Positions 50,821-62,522 of a stretch of DNA of 64,000 bases are shown in pieces. Under the pieces are notes generated by a model that was not told where the DNA came from, made no database searches, and worked only from the letters and a program-made list of their open reading frames with translations. Every line of letters begins with the position of its first letter. Within the stretch, counting starts at the first letter, position 1. The position numbers and the translations under genes are program-made. This stretch comes from Mobula hypostoma (Eukaryota), in contig NC_086097.1 in NCBI RefSeq assembly GCF_963921235.1, positions 186,746,001-186,810,000 of the forward strand. Direction: 5' to 3'.

Positions 50821-53210
50821 CAGTGGATTCCGATTAATTGGGACTCATCGGGTCCAATACATTTTGGCCCAATTAAGCGGCTGCCCCAATGAGCTGAAGT
50901 TTCATGGGAATAGTTAACAGGATTAACAAAGGCAAGCTACTGTTTAACTGAATAAGACATTTTGCATTTAAATGAAATAAAGAGCAAATTAAAACACTAC
51001 CAATACTACTACAGTCTTATAAAACCGTTTTAGTTCCTAATAGTTCTTGATGGAAGAATTCATCGCTGCCAAGTTCTTTTGATTGTCTAAAGGACAAAAT
51101 TGGTCAAAATAATGATTTATGCATGAAGCTGAAAGAGATGGGGAGGTCTTAAATGGATATTTTTGCATCTGTATTTACTCAGGAGACAGACACAGACACT
51201 ATAGAAGTGAGCAAAGCAACAGCAAGGTCATAGACCCTATACAGATTACAGAGGAGGAGATGTTTGCTGTCTTGAGGCAAATTAGGGTGGATAAATATCC
51301 CAGGGCCTGACACTGTGGAAGGCTAGTGCAGAAATTGCAGGGACCCTTTCAGAGATATTTAAAACATCCTTAGCTACGGGTGAGGTGCTGGAAGATTCAA
51401 GAATAGTGAATGTTCTTCCATTATTTAAGAAAGGGTCTAAGAATAATCCAGGATATTATAGACCAGTGAGCCTGACATCAGTAGTGGGAATGTTATTGGA
51501 AGGTATTCTAAGGGACTGGATATATAATTATATGGATTGACAGGGACTGATTAGGGAGTTTGTTGAGGACATTACCAGGAAAGTTGATGAAGGCAAGGCA
51601 GTGAATGCTGTCGACATGGACTTTCGCAAAGCTTTTGACCAGGTCCAGCATGGGAGGTTGGTCAAGAAGGTAGTTGCCTGGCATTCAAGATGAAGTAGTA
51701 AACTGGATTAGACATTGGCTTCGCAGGAGAAGCCAGAGAATGGTAGTGGATGGTTGCCTCTCTGACTATAGTCCTGTGATTAATGGTGTGCTGCAGGAAT
51801 CAGTGAGGTCCATTGTTGTTTGTCATCTATAGTATATCAGTGATCTGGATGATAACGTGGTAAACTGGATCAGCATTTGCGGATGACACCAAAAATGGAG
51901 GAGTAGAGAGCAGTGAGGAAGACGATCAAAGCTTGCCACAGGTTCTGGACCAGCTGGAAAAACGGGCTGAAAAAATGGCAGATGGAATTTAATGCAGGCA
52001 TGTGTGAGATGTTGCACTTCGGGCAGAACAACTACAGTAGGTCTTACACACTGAGTGGTAGGACACAGAGAAGTGCAGTCGAGCAAAGGGATCTGGGAGT
52101 ACAGATCCATAATTCCTTAAAAGTGGTGTCACAGCAGATAAGGTCATAAAGAAAGCTTTTGGTACATAGGTCTTGGTAGATCGAAATATTGAGTACTGGA
52201 GTTGGAATGTTATATTGAATTTGTAGAAGACATTGATGAGGCCCAATTTGGGATGTTGTGTGCCATATTGATCACCTACCTACAGGAAAGATGTAAATAA
52301 GATTGAAAGAGTGCAGAGAAAATTTACTAGATCTTAGTGCCTAAGTTCTAGGGGAAGGTTGAATAGATTGGGACTTTATTTCCTAGAATGTAGAAGAATA
52401 TAGGGAGATTTGATAGATGTATACAAAGTTATGAAGTGTATTGATGGGTAAATGTAGGCAGGCTTTTTCCACTGAGGTTGGGTGAAGCTACAACTGCAGG
52501 TCATGGGTTAACAAATCTCAGCATTGTATATGGTAACGTATAAGTACTTTGATAATAAATTTACTTTGAAACTTGAAAGGTGAAATGTTTAAAGGGAACA
52601 TGAGGGAGAACTTCTTCACAGAGGGTAGTGAGAGTGTGGAATGAGCTGCTGGCAGAAGTGGTGGATGCGGGCTCGATTTAACATTTAAGAGAAATTTGGA
52701 TAGATACATCGATGGGAGGGGTATGGAGGACTATGGTCCAGGTGCATTTTGATCGGACTAAGTGTCAATGGTTTGGCACAGACGAGTTGGGCTGAAGGGC
52801 CTGTTCCTGTACTGTAATGTTCTTTGAGTCTTTGTAAATGAACAAAATCGGCACAGTCAACTAGTGCAGATAATGGACTACCTTCATTGCCTTCTTGCAT
52901 AAAGTCAAAGTAAAAAAACTAGTTAAATTATTGCTTTTTGAATCTGCATACGTCAGCCCAAATGGATAACTTACCACAAGCACATGCAACTAACACTATT
53001 GAAAAACTGTTCGCTGTAAGTTTGGTGTAGAGTCTAATGCCACACAAGTGCACACAGGAGACACTAGGTAGAAACTGTTCAGCAAAAGTCTTCTGTCCAC
53101 ATTAAGCAGCATAGTGTTCCAAATAAACAAAGGGAATTCCGGCTATTTTCTCAATTAGTTTTAGTTTCTTTAAGTGTTGACCCAAATAAGCAGCTGCCCT
53201 GTTTCCACTG
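50821..53210 (-). mobile_element. Tigger/pogo-like element with both ends, split by a CR1
   Basis: TA-CAGTGGA...TCCACTG-TA; internal sequence matches the 32738 copy on both sides of 51090-52830. Confidence 0.78.
51090..52830 (+). mobile_element. CR1 LINE, degenerate
   Basis: IRVDKYPRA, KKWQMEFNAGMCEMLHFG, gcatttgcggatgacacc (FADDT); CR1 3' UTR. Confidence 0.85.
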
Positions 53211-54149
53211 TACTCCAAAAATGGCCTAAGCAAAGTTTATATAGCTGCATCATGACTTCCTGACTCCTATACTCAGTGCCACAAACAATGAAGTTAGTTG
53301 TGTTTACCTCTTTATTACTATATTTATTTACATTGCCATTTTTATGGTTTTCGGACAAAATTCCTCTGAACATCAATACTTTTAATTGCTCTGCCATTTA
53401 CTATGTACATTCCCCTTGTATTTGACCTCACATTTGTCTGGATCAAGCAATCTGTCATTTCTCCACCCATATCTGCAACTGGTCTATATCGTTTGGAAGT
53501 CGTCTACACAAGTATCCCAACATTGGTATTGTCTGCAAATGTATTAAATTCCTAAACAGGAAACCCAGAGGTTTTAGTATAATTATATTTGAAGATTTCA
53601 GTAAGTTATAGATGTTTGTCCTATGTTTTTGAATGGTGTACCAGTTAATCCATTTCCACATTTTGTTTTGGAGTTTGTAATACCCTAGAATGGTAATGGT
53701 ATAATAGATTGTGAATCTAGTAATTGACAACTTTGAGCTATTGCTGGAGTATTTAAGGAAAATGAATGTTTCAAATTTCCCACTTTTTTTCTTTCTTTCT
53801 TTTTAAATCTTTTTATTGAGTAAGTATACAAAAAAGGTAAGCCATATAAACATTAATACAATGTTAAAGTATAATAAAATTCCAAAAGATAACAATACCA
53901 AAAAGAAAATACTACAAACAATGTAATTTAAGCATAAGAAACCAAGATAACATAATAGTATACTAGATTTTATATATATCAATGGAAAAAAAAAGAAAAA
54001 AAAACCCCCAAAAAAAACCCACCGTGCAACTAACTAAAAGCAAAGCAAAGCAATGGGCTAACTTGAAACCAAACAGAGTTAAACTTAAAATCACGTCCTC
54101 AATCCCGACCTCCATTAAAACAGTGAAGAAAAAACAAGAAGGGTAAATA

Positions 54150-57100
54150 TTACATTAAATGAAAATATCGAATAAAAGGTCCCCAAATCTGTTCAAATTT
54201 AAATGAAGAATCATAAAGGTTACTTCTAATTTTCTCCAGATTCAAACATAAAATCGTCTGAGAAAACCAAAAAAAGGTAGTTGGAGCATTAAGCTCTTTC
54301 CAATGTTGTAAAATACATCTTTTCGCCATTAAAGTAAGAAATGCAATCATTCTACGGGCTGAAGGGGAAAGATTACTAGAAATTTTAGGTAGTCCAAAGA
54401 TAGCAGTAATAGGGTGAGGAGAGATATCTATATTTAATACCTTAGAAATAATATTGAAAATATCTCTCCAAAAAGTTTCCAAAGTAGGGCAAGACCAAAA
54501 CATATGAGTTAAAGAGGCTATCTGCCCCGAACATCTATCACAGAAAGGATTAATATGCGAGTAAAAACGCGCTAACTTATCTTTGGACATATGTGCTCTA
54601 TGAACCACTTTAAATTGAATTAGGGAATGTTTAGCACAAATAGAGGAAGTATTAACTAATTGTAAAATCTGCCCCCAATCATCCACAGAAATGGTAAGCC
54701 CCAATTCCTGTTCCCAATCTACCCTAATCTTATCAAATGGAGCTTTCCTAAGTTTCATAATAATATTATAAATCATAGCCGATGCACCTTTCTGACATGG
54801 ATTAAGGTTAATTATCGAATCTAAAATATATATAGGAGGAAGCATTGGAAAGGAAGAAAGTATAGTACTTAGGAAATTTCTAACTTGTAAATATCTAAAA
54901 AAATGTATTCTTGATAAGTTATATTTATTAGATAATTGTTCAAAAGACATAAGGGAACCATCTAAAAATAAATCCAAAAACCGTAAAATACCCTTAGTCT
55001 TCCAAGTTTGAAAAGCGCGATCCGTAAAAGAGGGAGGAAAAAATATGTTACCTAAAATAGGAATCGCTAACCCGAATTGATTAAGATCAAAAAATTTTCT
55101 GAATTGAAACCAAATGCGCAAAGCATATTTAACTATCGGGTTAGAGACCTGCTTAAGACGTTTCGAATCAAAAGGAAGAGAGGAACCTAAAATAGAACCA
55201 AGTGTATAACCCTGAACAGATTGTAATTCCAATGCTACCCATTTAGGAATAGATAGTATGTCCCGGTCAAGTAACCAAAATTTCATATGTCGAATATTAA
55301 TAGCCCAATAATAAAATCTAAAGTTAGGTAATGCTAAACCTCCATCTCTCTTAGCTTTCTGTAAATGTATTTTACCCAGTCTCGGATTCTTATTCTGCCA
55401 AATAAATGAAGAAATTTTAGAGTCAACTTTATCAAAAAAAGATTTAGGAACGAAAATTGGTAATGCCTGAAACACATATAAAAATTTTGGCAAAAAAAAC
55501 ATCTTAACTGCATTAATACGACCAATCAAAGTTAAATATAAGGGAAACCATTTAGATGAAAGTTGAGTAATATGGTCTATTAATGGTAAAAAGTTAGTCT
55601 TAAATAAATCTTTATGTTTACAAGTAATTTTAATCCCAAGATATGAAAAGTAATTATTAATCAATTTAAATGGAAATTTATAATATAAGGGAAGATGTTT
55701 ATTAATCGGAAAAAGTTCACTCTTACTAAGATTTAATTTATAACCTGAGAAAAGACCAAATTGTGCTAATAACTCTAAAACAGCAGGAATGGATCTCTCA
55801 GGATTAGAAATATATAAAAGTAAATCATCAGCATAGAGTGATAATTTATGGGACTTTAATCCCCGAGTTATCCCAGTAATATTTGAAGATTCTCGAATAG
55901 CAATTGCAAGAGGTTCTAATGCAATATCAAATAATAGGGGACTAAGAGGACAGCCTTGTCGAGTACCACGAAAGAGAGGAAAAAAAGGTGAGTTTAAGGA
56001 GTTAGTACGAACCGAGGCTACAGGGGAGTGATATAACAGTTTAATCCAGGATATAAATTTCAAGCTAAAATTAAACATTTCAAGCACCTTAAATAAATAA
56101 GGCCATTCTACTCTATCAAAAGCTTTCTCGGCATCTAAAGAAATAACACACTCAGGAACATTTTGTGAGGGAGTATAAACGATATTTAACAATGTACGAA
56201 TATTATAAAAAGAGTAACGACCTTTAATAAAACCCGTTTGGTCTTCCGAAATAATAGAAGGAAGTACTTTTTCTAGTCTATTTGCTAATAACTTAGAAAA
56301 AACTTTAGAATCAACATTTAATAAAGATATTGGTCTATAAGATGCACATTGAGCAGGGTCTTTATCCTTCTTTAGTATTAAAGAAATTGATGCTCTATTA
56401 AAAGATTCCGGAAGTTTACCAAGTTTCAAAGAAGCCTCAAAAACCTTATAGAGCCAAGGAATCAATAAAGAAGCAAAACATTTATAAAATTCAACGGTAA
56501 ACCCATCAGGGCCAGGAGCTTTCCCCAGATTCATAGAAAAAATAACATTCTTAATCTCATCCATTGTAATGGAAGTATCTAATAAAGAAGACATATCCTG
56601 TGAAATCTGAGGGAAGTCTAACTTATCTAAAAAATCATTCATATATTTAGAATCTCGAGGAGACTCTGATTGATATAAAGAAGAATAAAAATCACAAAAG
56701 GTTTGATTAATCCCCACATGATCCAATATCAATCGATCATTTTGGTTATAAATCTGATTGATTTGAGATTTAACATAATTAGATTTCAATTGATTAGCCA
56801 GCAGCTTGCCAATTTTATCACTGTGAACATAAAAATCACTTCTTGTTTTCTTTAATTGGTTTACAATCGAGGACGAGAGTAGTAAACTGTGTTCCATTTG
56901 AAGTTCAGTTCTTTGTTTGTATAGCTCCTCAGAAGGAGCCATAACATATTTCTTATCAATTTCTTTAATCTTGTCCACAATTACCATCTCCTCCTGCTTC
57001 TGTTTCTTCCTCAAAGCAACGGAATACGAAATAATCTGACCCCGAATATAGGCTTTAAAAGTGTCCCAAAGAGTGTTAACCGAAATATCTTCTGTATGGT

Positions 57101-57926
57101 TAATTGTAAAAAAAAGCTCAATCTGTTCATTCATAAAATTAACAAAGTCCGAGTCCTGAAGCAACAGCGAATTAAAACGCCATTGTCTATTGTTTGGTAT
57201 ATTGGCCATAATTTTAATAGAAAGCTTAAGTGGAGCATGATCCGAAATGGTTATAGAATCATAATCACATTTAATCACTGAAGGAATGAGACGAGAATCA
57301 ATGAAAAAATAATCAATTCTTGAATAGGAATGATGAACATGTGAAAAGAAGGAAAAATCTTTTTCCTGAGGATGCAGAAAACGCCAAATGTCCGTCGACC
57401 CAGAATCAGAAAGGAAAAAATTAATCAAATTTGCAGATTTATTAGGTAAAGTCCGTAAAGGAGCCGAACGGTCCAAAGCTGGAGATAAACAGGTATTAAG
57501 ATCTCCGCCCCAAATCAATGAAAACTCGTTCAAATTCGGAAACTGATCAAACAATGATTTATAAAATTCCGGACAATCCATATTAGGAGCATAAACATTA
57601 ACCAAAACTACTTTTTTATTAAATAGTAAACCACTAACCAATAAAAATCTACCATTCGGATCAGAGATAATATCCTGTTGTATAAAAGTAACTGAGGAGT
57701 CTATAAAAATAGAGACGCCTCGAATCTTAGCATTGGAGTTCGAATGAAATTGTTGTCCCTTCCAGAATTTGAAAAAACGTAGTCTGTCCCCCCTCCGTAC
57801 ATGGGTCTCTTGTAAAAATAAAATTTGTGCTTTAAGTCTCCGGAACACTTTAAAAACTTTTTTCCTTTTAATAGGATGATTAAGACCATTAGTATTCCAG
57901 GAGACAAAATTAATAATAGACTCCAT
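54150..57926 (-). CDS. L1 ORF2p (endonuclease, RT, CCHC)
   Basis: 1258 aa from ATG at 57926; SWNTNGL, LQETH, GGDLN, SRIDY, SDHAP, GTRQGCPLSP, YADD, CDRC...HMFWSC. Confidence 0.96.
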   Translation of the reverse strand: MESIINFVSWNTNGLNHPIKRKKVFKVFRRLKAQILFLQETHVRRGDRLRFFKFWKGQQFHSNSNAKIRGVSIFIDSSVTFIQQDIISDPNGRFLLVSGLLFNKKVVLVNVYAPNMDCPEFYKSLFDQFPNLNEFSLIWGGDLNTCLSPALDRSAPLRTLPNKSANLINFFLSDSGSTDIWRFLHPQEKDFSFFSHVHHSYSRIDYFFIDSRLIPSVIKCDYDSITISDHAPLKLSIKIMANIPNNRQWRFNSLLLQDSDFVNFMNEQIELFFTINHTEDISVNTLWDTFKAYIRGQIISYSVALRKKQKQEEMVIVDKIKEIDKKYVMAPSEELYKQRTELQMEHSLLLSSSIVNQLKKTRSDFYVHSDKIGKLLANQLKSNYVKSQINQIYNQNDRLILDHVGINQTFCDFYSSLYQSESPRDSKYMNDFLDKLDFPQISQDMSSLLDTSITMDEIKNVIFSMNLGKAPGPDGFTVEFYKCFASLLIPWLYKVFEASLKLGKLPESFNRASISLILKKDKDPAQCASYRPISLLNVDSKVFSKLLANRLEKVLPSIISEDQTGFIKGRYSFYNIRTLLNIVYTPSQNVPECVISLDAEKAFDRVEWPYLFKVLEMFNFSLKFISWIKLLYHSPVASVRTNSLNSPFFPLFRGTRQGCPLSPLLFDIALEPLAIAIRESSNITGITRGLKSHKLSLYADDLLLYISNPERSIPAVLELLAQFGLFSGYKLNLSKSELFPINKHLPLYYKFPFKLINNYFSYLGIKITCKHKDLFKTNFLPLIDHITQLSSKWFPLYLTLIGRINAVKMFFLPKFLYVFQALPIFVPKSFFDKVDSKISSFIWQNKNPRLGKIHLQKAKRDGGLALPNFRFYYWAINIRHMKFWLLDRDILSIPKWVALELQSVQGYTLGSILGSSLPFDSKRLKQVSNPIVKYALRIWFQFRKFFDLNQFGLAIPILGNIFFPPSFTDRAFQTWKTKGILRFLDLFLDGSLMSFEQLSNKYNLSRIHFFRYLQVRNFLSTILSSFPMLPPIYILDSIINLNPCQKGASAMIYNIIMKLRKAPFDKIRVDWEQELGLTISVDDWGQILQLVNTSSICAKHSLIQFKVVHRAHMSKDKLARFYSHINPFCDRCSGQIASLTHMFWSCPTLETFWRDIFNIISKVLNIDISPHPITAIFGLPKISSNLSPSARRMIAFLTLMAKRCILQHWKELNAPTTFFWFSQTILCLNLEKIRSNLYDSSFKFEQIWGPFIRYFHLM

Positions 57927-58648
57927 AAATCCTAAAGTCAACCCATAACAAGGAGGATTGACAATAGGCGCGACCCACAAACCCGGAGAGGAAACAGAAC
58001 ATACAAAAGATACCGGGGAAAAGGACGCAACCAATACTTCAATAATGTATATAGCCCAAAGAGAAACAAACTAAAACGTGAAGCCCCTCCCACCGCCCCC
58101 CACCCCAAGACCCCAAGGCGAAATCTAAAGCAGACCCGCCAGAAAGAAGCAAGCGCTAAAACTACCCCCATGACTTCCGGTATACGCTCCCTAAAAAAAA
58201 AAGGTATAAATATGAAAAGGATCAGCTAATTGTAAAACAGTAAAAAAATAAGTAAAAAAAAGTTAGCTCAATTAAAATACACACAGAACAGAACAAAAGC
58301 CGGAAAGTATATATTAAAAAAAAACCACAATAAACCTCAAACTCATGAATAGACACAGCAACAAAAAAAATAGGATTATTAACATAAAATGATTATAAAA
58401 AGCAAAACAGAATAAAATTTAAAAAAAACTACAAAATTTAAGGCCGCACAGGAAATACGTAAGATGACAAAAGGGAAGTAACCACCCAGAATCCCCTGGG
58501 AAAAGAAAGAAATGACGCAGTTAAAAAGAAAGTTTAGCAGCCATATTAAGAAATCGAAAGTAAACTTTTCTGCCCAAATAGGGCACAGAAAAGTTAAAAC
58601 CAACCAATTCACAGCCTCCGATCAACGGAGAAAATTAAAAAAAGGCAA

Positions 58649-59548
58649 TTAAGATGTTGAAGATGAAAGTTGATCCAGATAACTCTGGGCATCCGATGGA
58701 GAATCAAAAAAACGAAGGGCTCCATCTAACATGCGAATCCTTAGACGTGCAGGGTACAGCAGCGCTGGTCTTAAATCCATCTTATAGAATTCCGACATCA
58801 CGGATCTGTAACGGACCCGTTGGTCCCAGATTGGTTTACTGAAATCTTCCACGAATCGGAACTTAAGATCCGAAAAATCAATGAAACCTTTAGATCGAGC
58901 GAATCGAAACAGTCTCTCCTTGTCTTGAAAGTAATGAAAACGTAAGATAACATGCCTAGGTCTATCTGACCTAGACGAGTATGATGGGATTCTGTGAACA
59001 CGATCCAGTAGCGGTGGTTGGTCAGGAAATACAGTAGGGAATGCATCTTTTAAAAGTTGGGAGAAATATTTCATAGGGTTGTTAGCTTCCACGGCTTCCC
59101 TGACGCCAATCATTCGTAAATTCTGCCGTCGCATTCTAGATTCCAAGTCAGAGTTTTTAAAAGTCAAAAAGTCAAGTTTCTTCTTCATTACATTAATTGT
59201 TTCTTCGACTTTCCCCATCTTAAGCTCACTTTGTTGCGCGGATTTTTGAAGATCAGATATAGCCGACTGATGTTCCGCAATACATGTTTGCATCTTATCA
59301 ATTAAATCGGCAATTTTCTGGAACTTAGTTGAGATTTCCGTATGAATCAGGTCTTTAACAAAGCCCATAATTTCTGTACGAATCATCTCCCTAACAGAGG
59401 TTGAAATTTCCCTCTGAATTAACTCCGATATAGCTTTCAAAGTCACCGGTGATTCAGTCGGAGGGAGATCCGTAGCTTTCGGTTTAACCGGAGGTTTACC
59501 ATCCTTGCTGTCTTTCCCGTTCTTAGACATAGCCGATCTCAGTATCAT
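58649..59548 (-). CDS. L1 ORF1p (coiled coil, RRM, CTD)
   Basis: 299 aa open; DLESRMRRQNLRMIGVRE, LDRVHRI, PRHVILRFHYFQDKE, LLYPARLRI. Confidence 0.93.
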   Translation of the reverse strand: MILRSAMSKNGKDSKDGKPPVKPKATDLPPTESPVTLKAISELIQREISTSVREMIRTEIMGFVKDLIHTEISTKFQKIADLIDKMQTCIAEHQSAISDLQKSAQQSELKMGKVEETINVMKKKLDFLTFKNSDLESRMRRQNLRMIGVREAVEANNPMKYFSQLLKDAFPTVFPDQPPLLDRVHRIPSYSSRSDRPRHVILRFHYFQDKERLFRFARSKGFIDFSDLKFRFVEDFSKPIWDQRVRYRSVMSEFYKMDLRPALLYPARLRIRMLDGALRFFDSPSDAQSYLDQLSSSTS

Positions 59549-60194
59549 CCAATTGTCAGAGAATTCAGTTTAATTCAAAGTATTGTAAAAATTGATGCCT
59601 TAATAGTTAATTAAAGTATAGCTGACCATAGAGAGAAAAAACTCAGAGGTAATGGAGCGAGTCAAGAACGCGACTTCACTCCATGAGCGCTACCGGAAGT
59701 CTCCCCCCCACTTTTTTTAACAAGGTACTATGATAATTTTGTTAGAACTGTCAGTTGCTATGTTTTTCAATGTAGTTGCATCTCCATGCAGAAATATTGA
59801 CATTGGCTGCACAAGTGCATGTATTTTTTGCACATTGTAGAATAATTGGCAAATGTTGCTTAGAAACCACATTTGCCTATAAATACATCTGCAGCTAAAT
59901 GCAATATAATTCACTTCAGATAAGGAAATGTTTTTCTAACATATATTTGCCAAATTGTTAGGCTCAAGCTGTTCATGCACGGATACAATCATCACATAAT
60001 ACTAAGAATAGAACGAAAGATTTTGTTTTTAGTAAATTGGATATGCTCTACAAATTCACGTTTCTCCATGAAGAATGAGATAGGTGAATTCTTAGGATTT
60101 TCCATTATTGGAATGTAATACAAATGCACAGAGGGTCTTCATTAATCTTAGCTACTCTGTATACAAAAAAAATAGATTATTTAAGTCATTGTTT

Positions 60195-60680
60195 CATTCA
60201 GTCAGTCAGTGGGTGCCGTCCCAAATCCGGGGTTGGCGGCTATGCACCTCCATCTTCTTTGATCTTGCGACAGCACCGAGTACAGCCTCTCCTCCAGTTT
60301 GTTCTCGCTGACCGCCTTGGCACCGCCCGCTGCCACCCCCGCCGAACTCGAGCCAGAGGCCGTGTCGGCCTCCAGCCACTGCAGCTTCTTCGAACTCGGC
60401 CCTTCCTTAGGCGGAGGCCTTGGGCAGGTCCAGGCACACAGTGCAGCGCCCAAGTTCATCATATCTTTTCTAACTAGGTGCATAGCATACGATTCATAGA
60501 TAGGTGATGAGGCTTTAATCTCTTCCACGGCAGATGGCCGTTGGCTCACAAGGAGCTCATCCGCCCTTTGTCAGGTCTTGTTTTTTTTTCAGTCCTGCTG
60601 GGTGTCCTCACACCCTCCTCACCAGACTAAGTCCAGTGGGGGAGCCGGCCCAAGTCGCCGACCAGTCGACCACGGCCCCT
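60195..60680 (-). mobile_element. Non-autonomous RTE-like element
   Basis: (ACTG)n tail; SQDQRRWR-type C-terminus; head homologous to 42750-42890. Confidence 0.65.
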
Positions 60681-62189
60681 TCTAAAATCATCCCTTAGGC
60701 TCATGCATTGATTAACCATGCAATAAAATGATGCTGTGTATCACAAACTATTGTTTTAAGAAGAATATTTCCACTCAGATGACATTGAACAATCCATTGT
60801 TTCTTATGTATAAGTATTTACTTTATTGATCCTTTATTGAAACGTATAGTTTGAGGTATATCATTTTCCTTTGTGTTTGGACTAACACTATCAAATTTAC
60901 ACATGAGACATTTGTGTCACTTTTGTCTCGCCTCTGGAATTCAACTTCTTTTGTCCATACTTAACCCAAAGCTGTAATAGTTTCTGCAACCAATAAGTTG
61001 AAAGAAAACCACACTAAGCATGAGTCAGAAGACACAAGAGACTGCTGGTGCTAGGATCTGGATCTGGAGCAAATTGTTGATGTTTCGGGTGAAGATACCT
61101 GATGCAGGGTTCGTTTCCTCCCACACATGCTGCTTGAGCCACTGAGTTCTTCCAGCAGATTGTTGTTGAAAATTTGTCATTTGGAAGTTTTGCAACAGTC
61201 TAATACTTTATTGCAAATAATTAACATAACTAAAACCCCCCAGCTGTCATGATAGGACTTGAATTGTATCTGTCCAGGTCTCTAAATTGCTAATCTTGCA
61301 CCAAATCAGATGTCCCTTTGGTTCCATTCTATCACCACCACAACATCATCTTCAATAGGTTCTCCAGTGAGCAATATATTCTTCATTACTATGAATATGG
61401 ACTTTTATTCACTTGCTTTATTGCGTTTATTTATTTGTGCTATGGTTACTGGAAGTGAATGCTGCCCTCAAGTTGTGATCTGAATAAAGCTTAGACATAA
61501 TTTCCACTTCAGCTGTCTTAGCTCTACATTAATTGAAAATATTGAACTACAACTACTAGTTCAGCTTATTTATTTTTGTAATTATTTATTTCATTATGCC
61601 TTTTTAAGTTTAAGTTTCAGTACTTCGTAAATTGTTATCACTCAAATTTATTAGCTGTTATGCCCTTTTTTAAACATGGCTAATCTCATGAGCATTCTTT
61701 GCTGCCTCTTGCAGGTATACTAGCTTGATATGATATCAAGTGCTTATTTTCTATATTTCAAACTTCATTGAATGTGTAATTGCTCTTGTACATCATAAAA
61801 TTACATTGGTACCCCACTTACTGCTGCCCAGAAAGTGCAATCCACTATAGTGTTCTTGGACCTCCTGTTCAATCTCTGATGTGTACATACCCCTAAGACT
61901 TCAAAAGGATCTTTGTTCAGTTGAATTGGTATGCTCGGGTCTTTGTGCAGATTGCTACCCTGCATGATGTTGTGCTGGGAATGTGGATGCCCTGGTGCCA
62001 TCCCCTATAATATCCTGCACTCAGCATGCTACATAAATGCTCCACATCTTGTTACTGAGCACATCTTACCACAATCTGCCCATCACCAGCCATCACGAAC
62101 AGACTGTCCGTTATAACTATAGTGCAATTTATTGCTGCACTTGTATCTTCACAGCAGCGCTATCAGTAATATTTTATCTATATGATAAG

Positions 62190-62522
62190 ACAGGGTGGCT
62201 AGCACAATGTTTTATAGTACCAGCCACCTGCATTCAATTCCCACCGCTGCCCGTAAGGAGTTTGTACGTTCTCCCTGTGACTGCCCGTAAGGAGTTTGTA
62301 CGTTCTCCCTGTGACTGTCCGTAAGGAGTTTGTACATTCTTCCTGTGACTGTGTGCTCTGGTTGCTTCGGTTTTCTCCCACAGTCCAAGGGCGTACCAGT
62401 TAGTAGGTTAATTGGCCATTGTAAATTGTTCCATGATTTGGCTAGGGTTAAATTGGAGTTGCTGGGTGGCACAGCTCGAAGGATTGGAAGGGCTTACTTC
62501 ATGCTGTATCTCATTAAATAAA
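62190..62522 (+). mobile_element. V-SINE-like element with internal triplication
   Basis: tRNA-like head, V-type core, three 34-bp units at 62247-62348, TAAA tail. Confidence 0.75.

Larger units (their letters stand above)
53791..59706 (-). mobile_element. Full-length L1 (LINE-1) with two intact ORFs
   Basis: 12-bp TSD CCCACTTTTTTT (53779-53790, 59707-59718); TT/AAAA target; AATAAA at 53817-53812 plus A-rich tail; G-rich 5' start. Confidence 0.96.

Noticed and set aside
57927..58034. 1294-aa ORF2 start given by the ORF track
   Set aside because: Uses a non-ATG codon; the ATG at 57926 sits just before the endonuclease SWN motif as expected
61801..62001. - strand ORF with a GTAAGT donor as an exon of a neighbouring gene such as OSGIN2
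   Set aside because: No recognisable protein similarity; looks like decayed repeat sequence
62247..62348. 34-bp repeats resembling a CRISPR array
   Set aside because: Units are directly adjacent with no spacers, lie inside a SINE, and the DNA is eukaryotic
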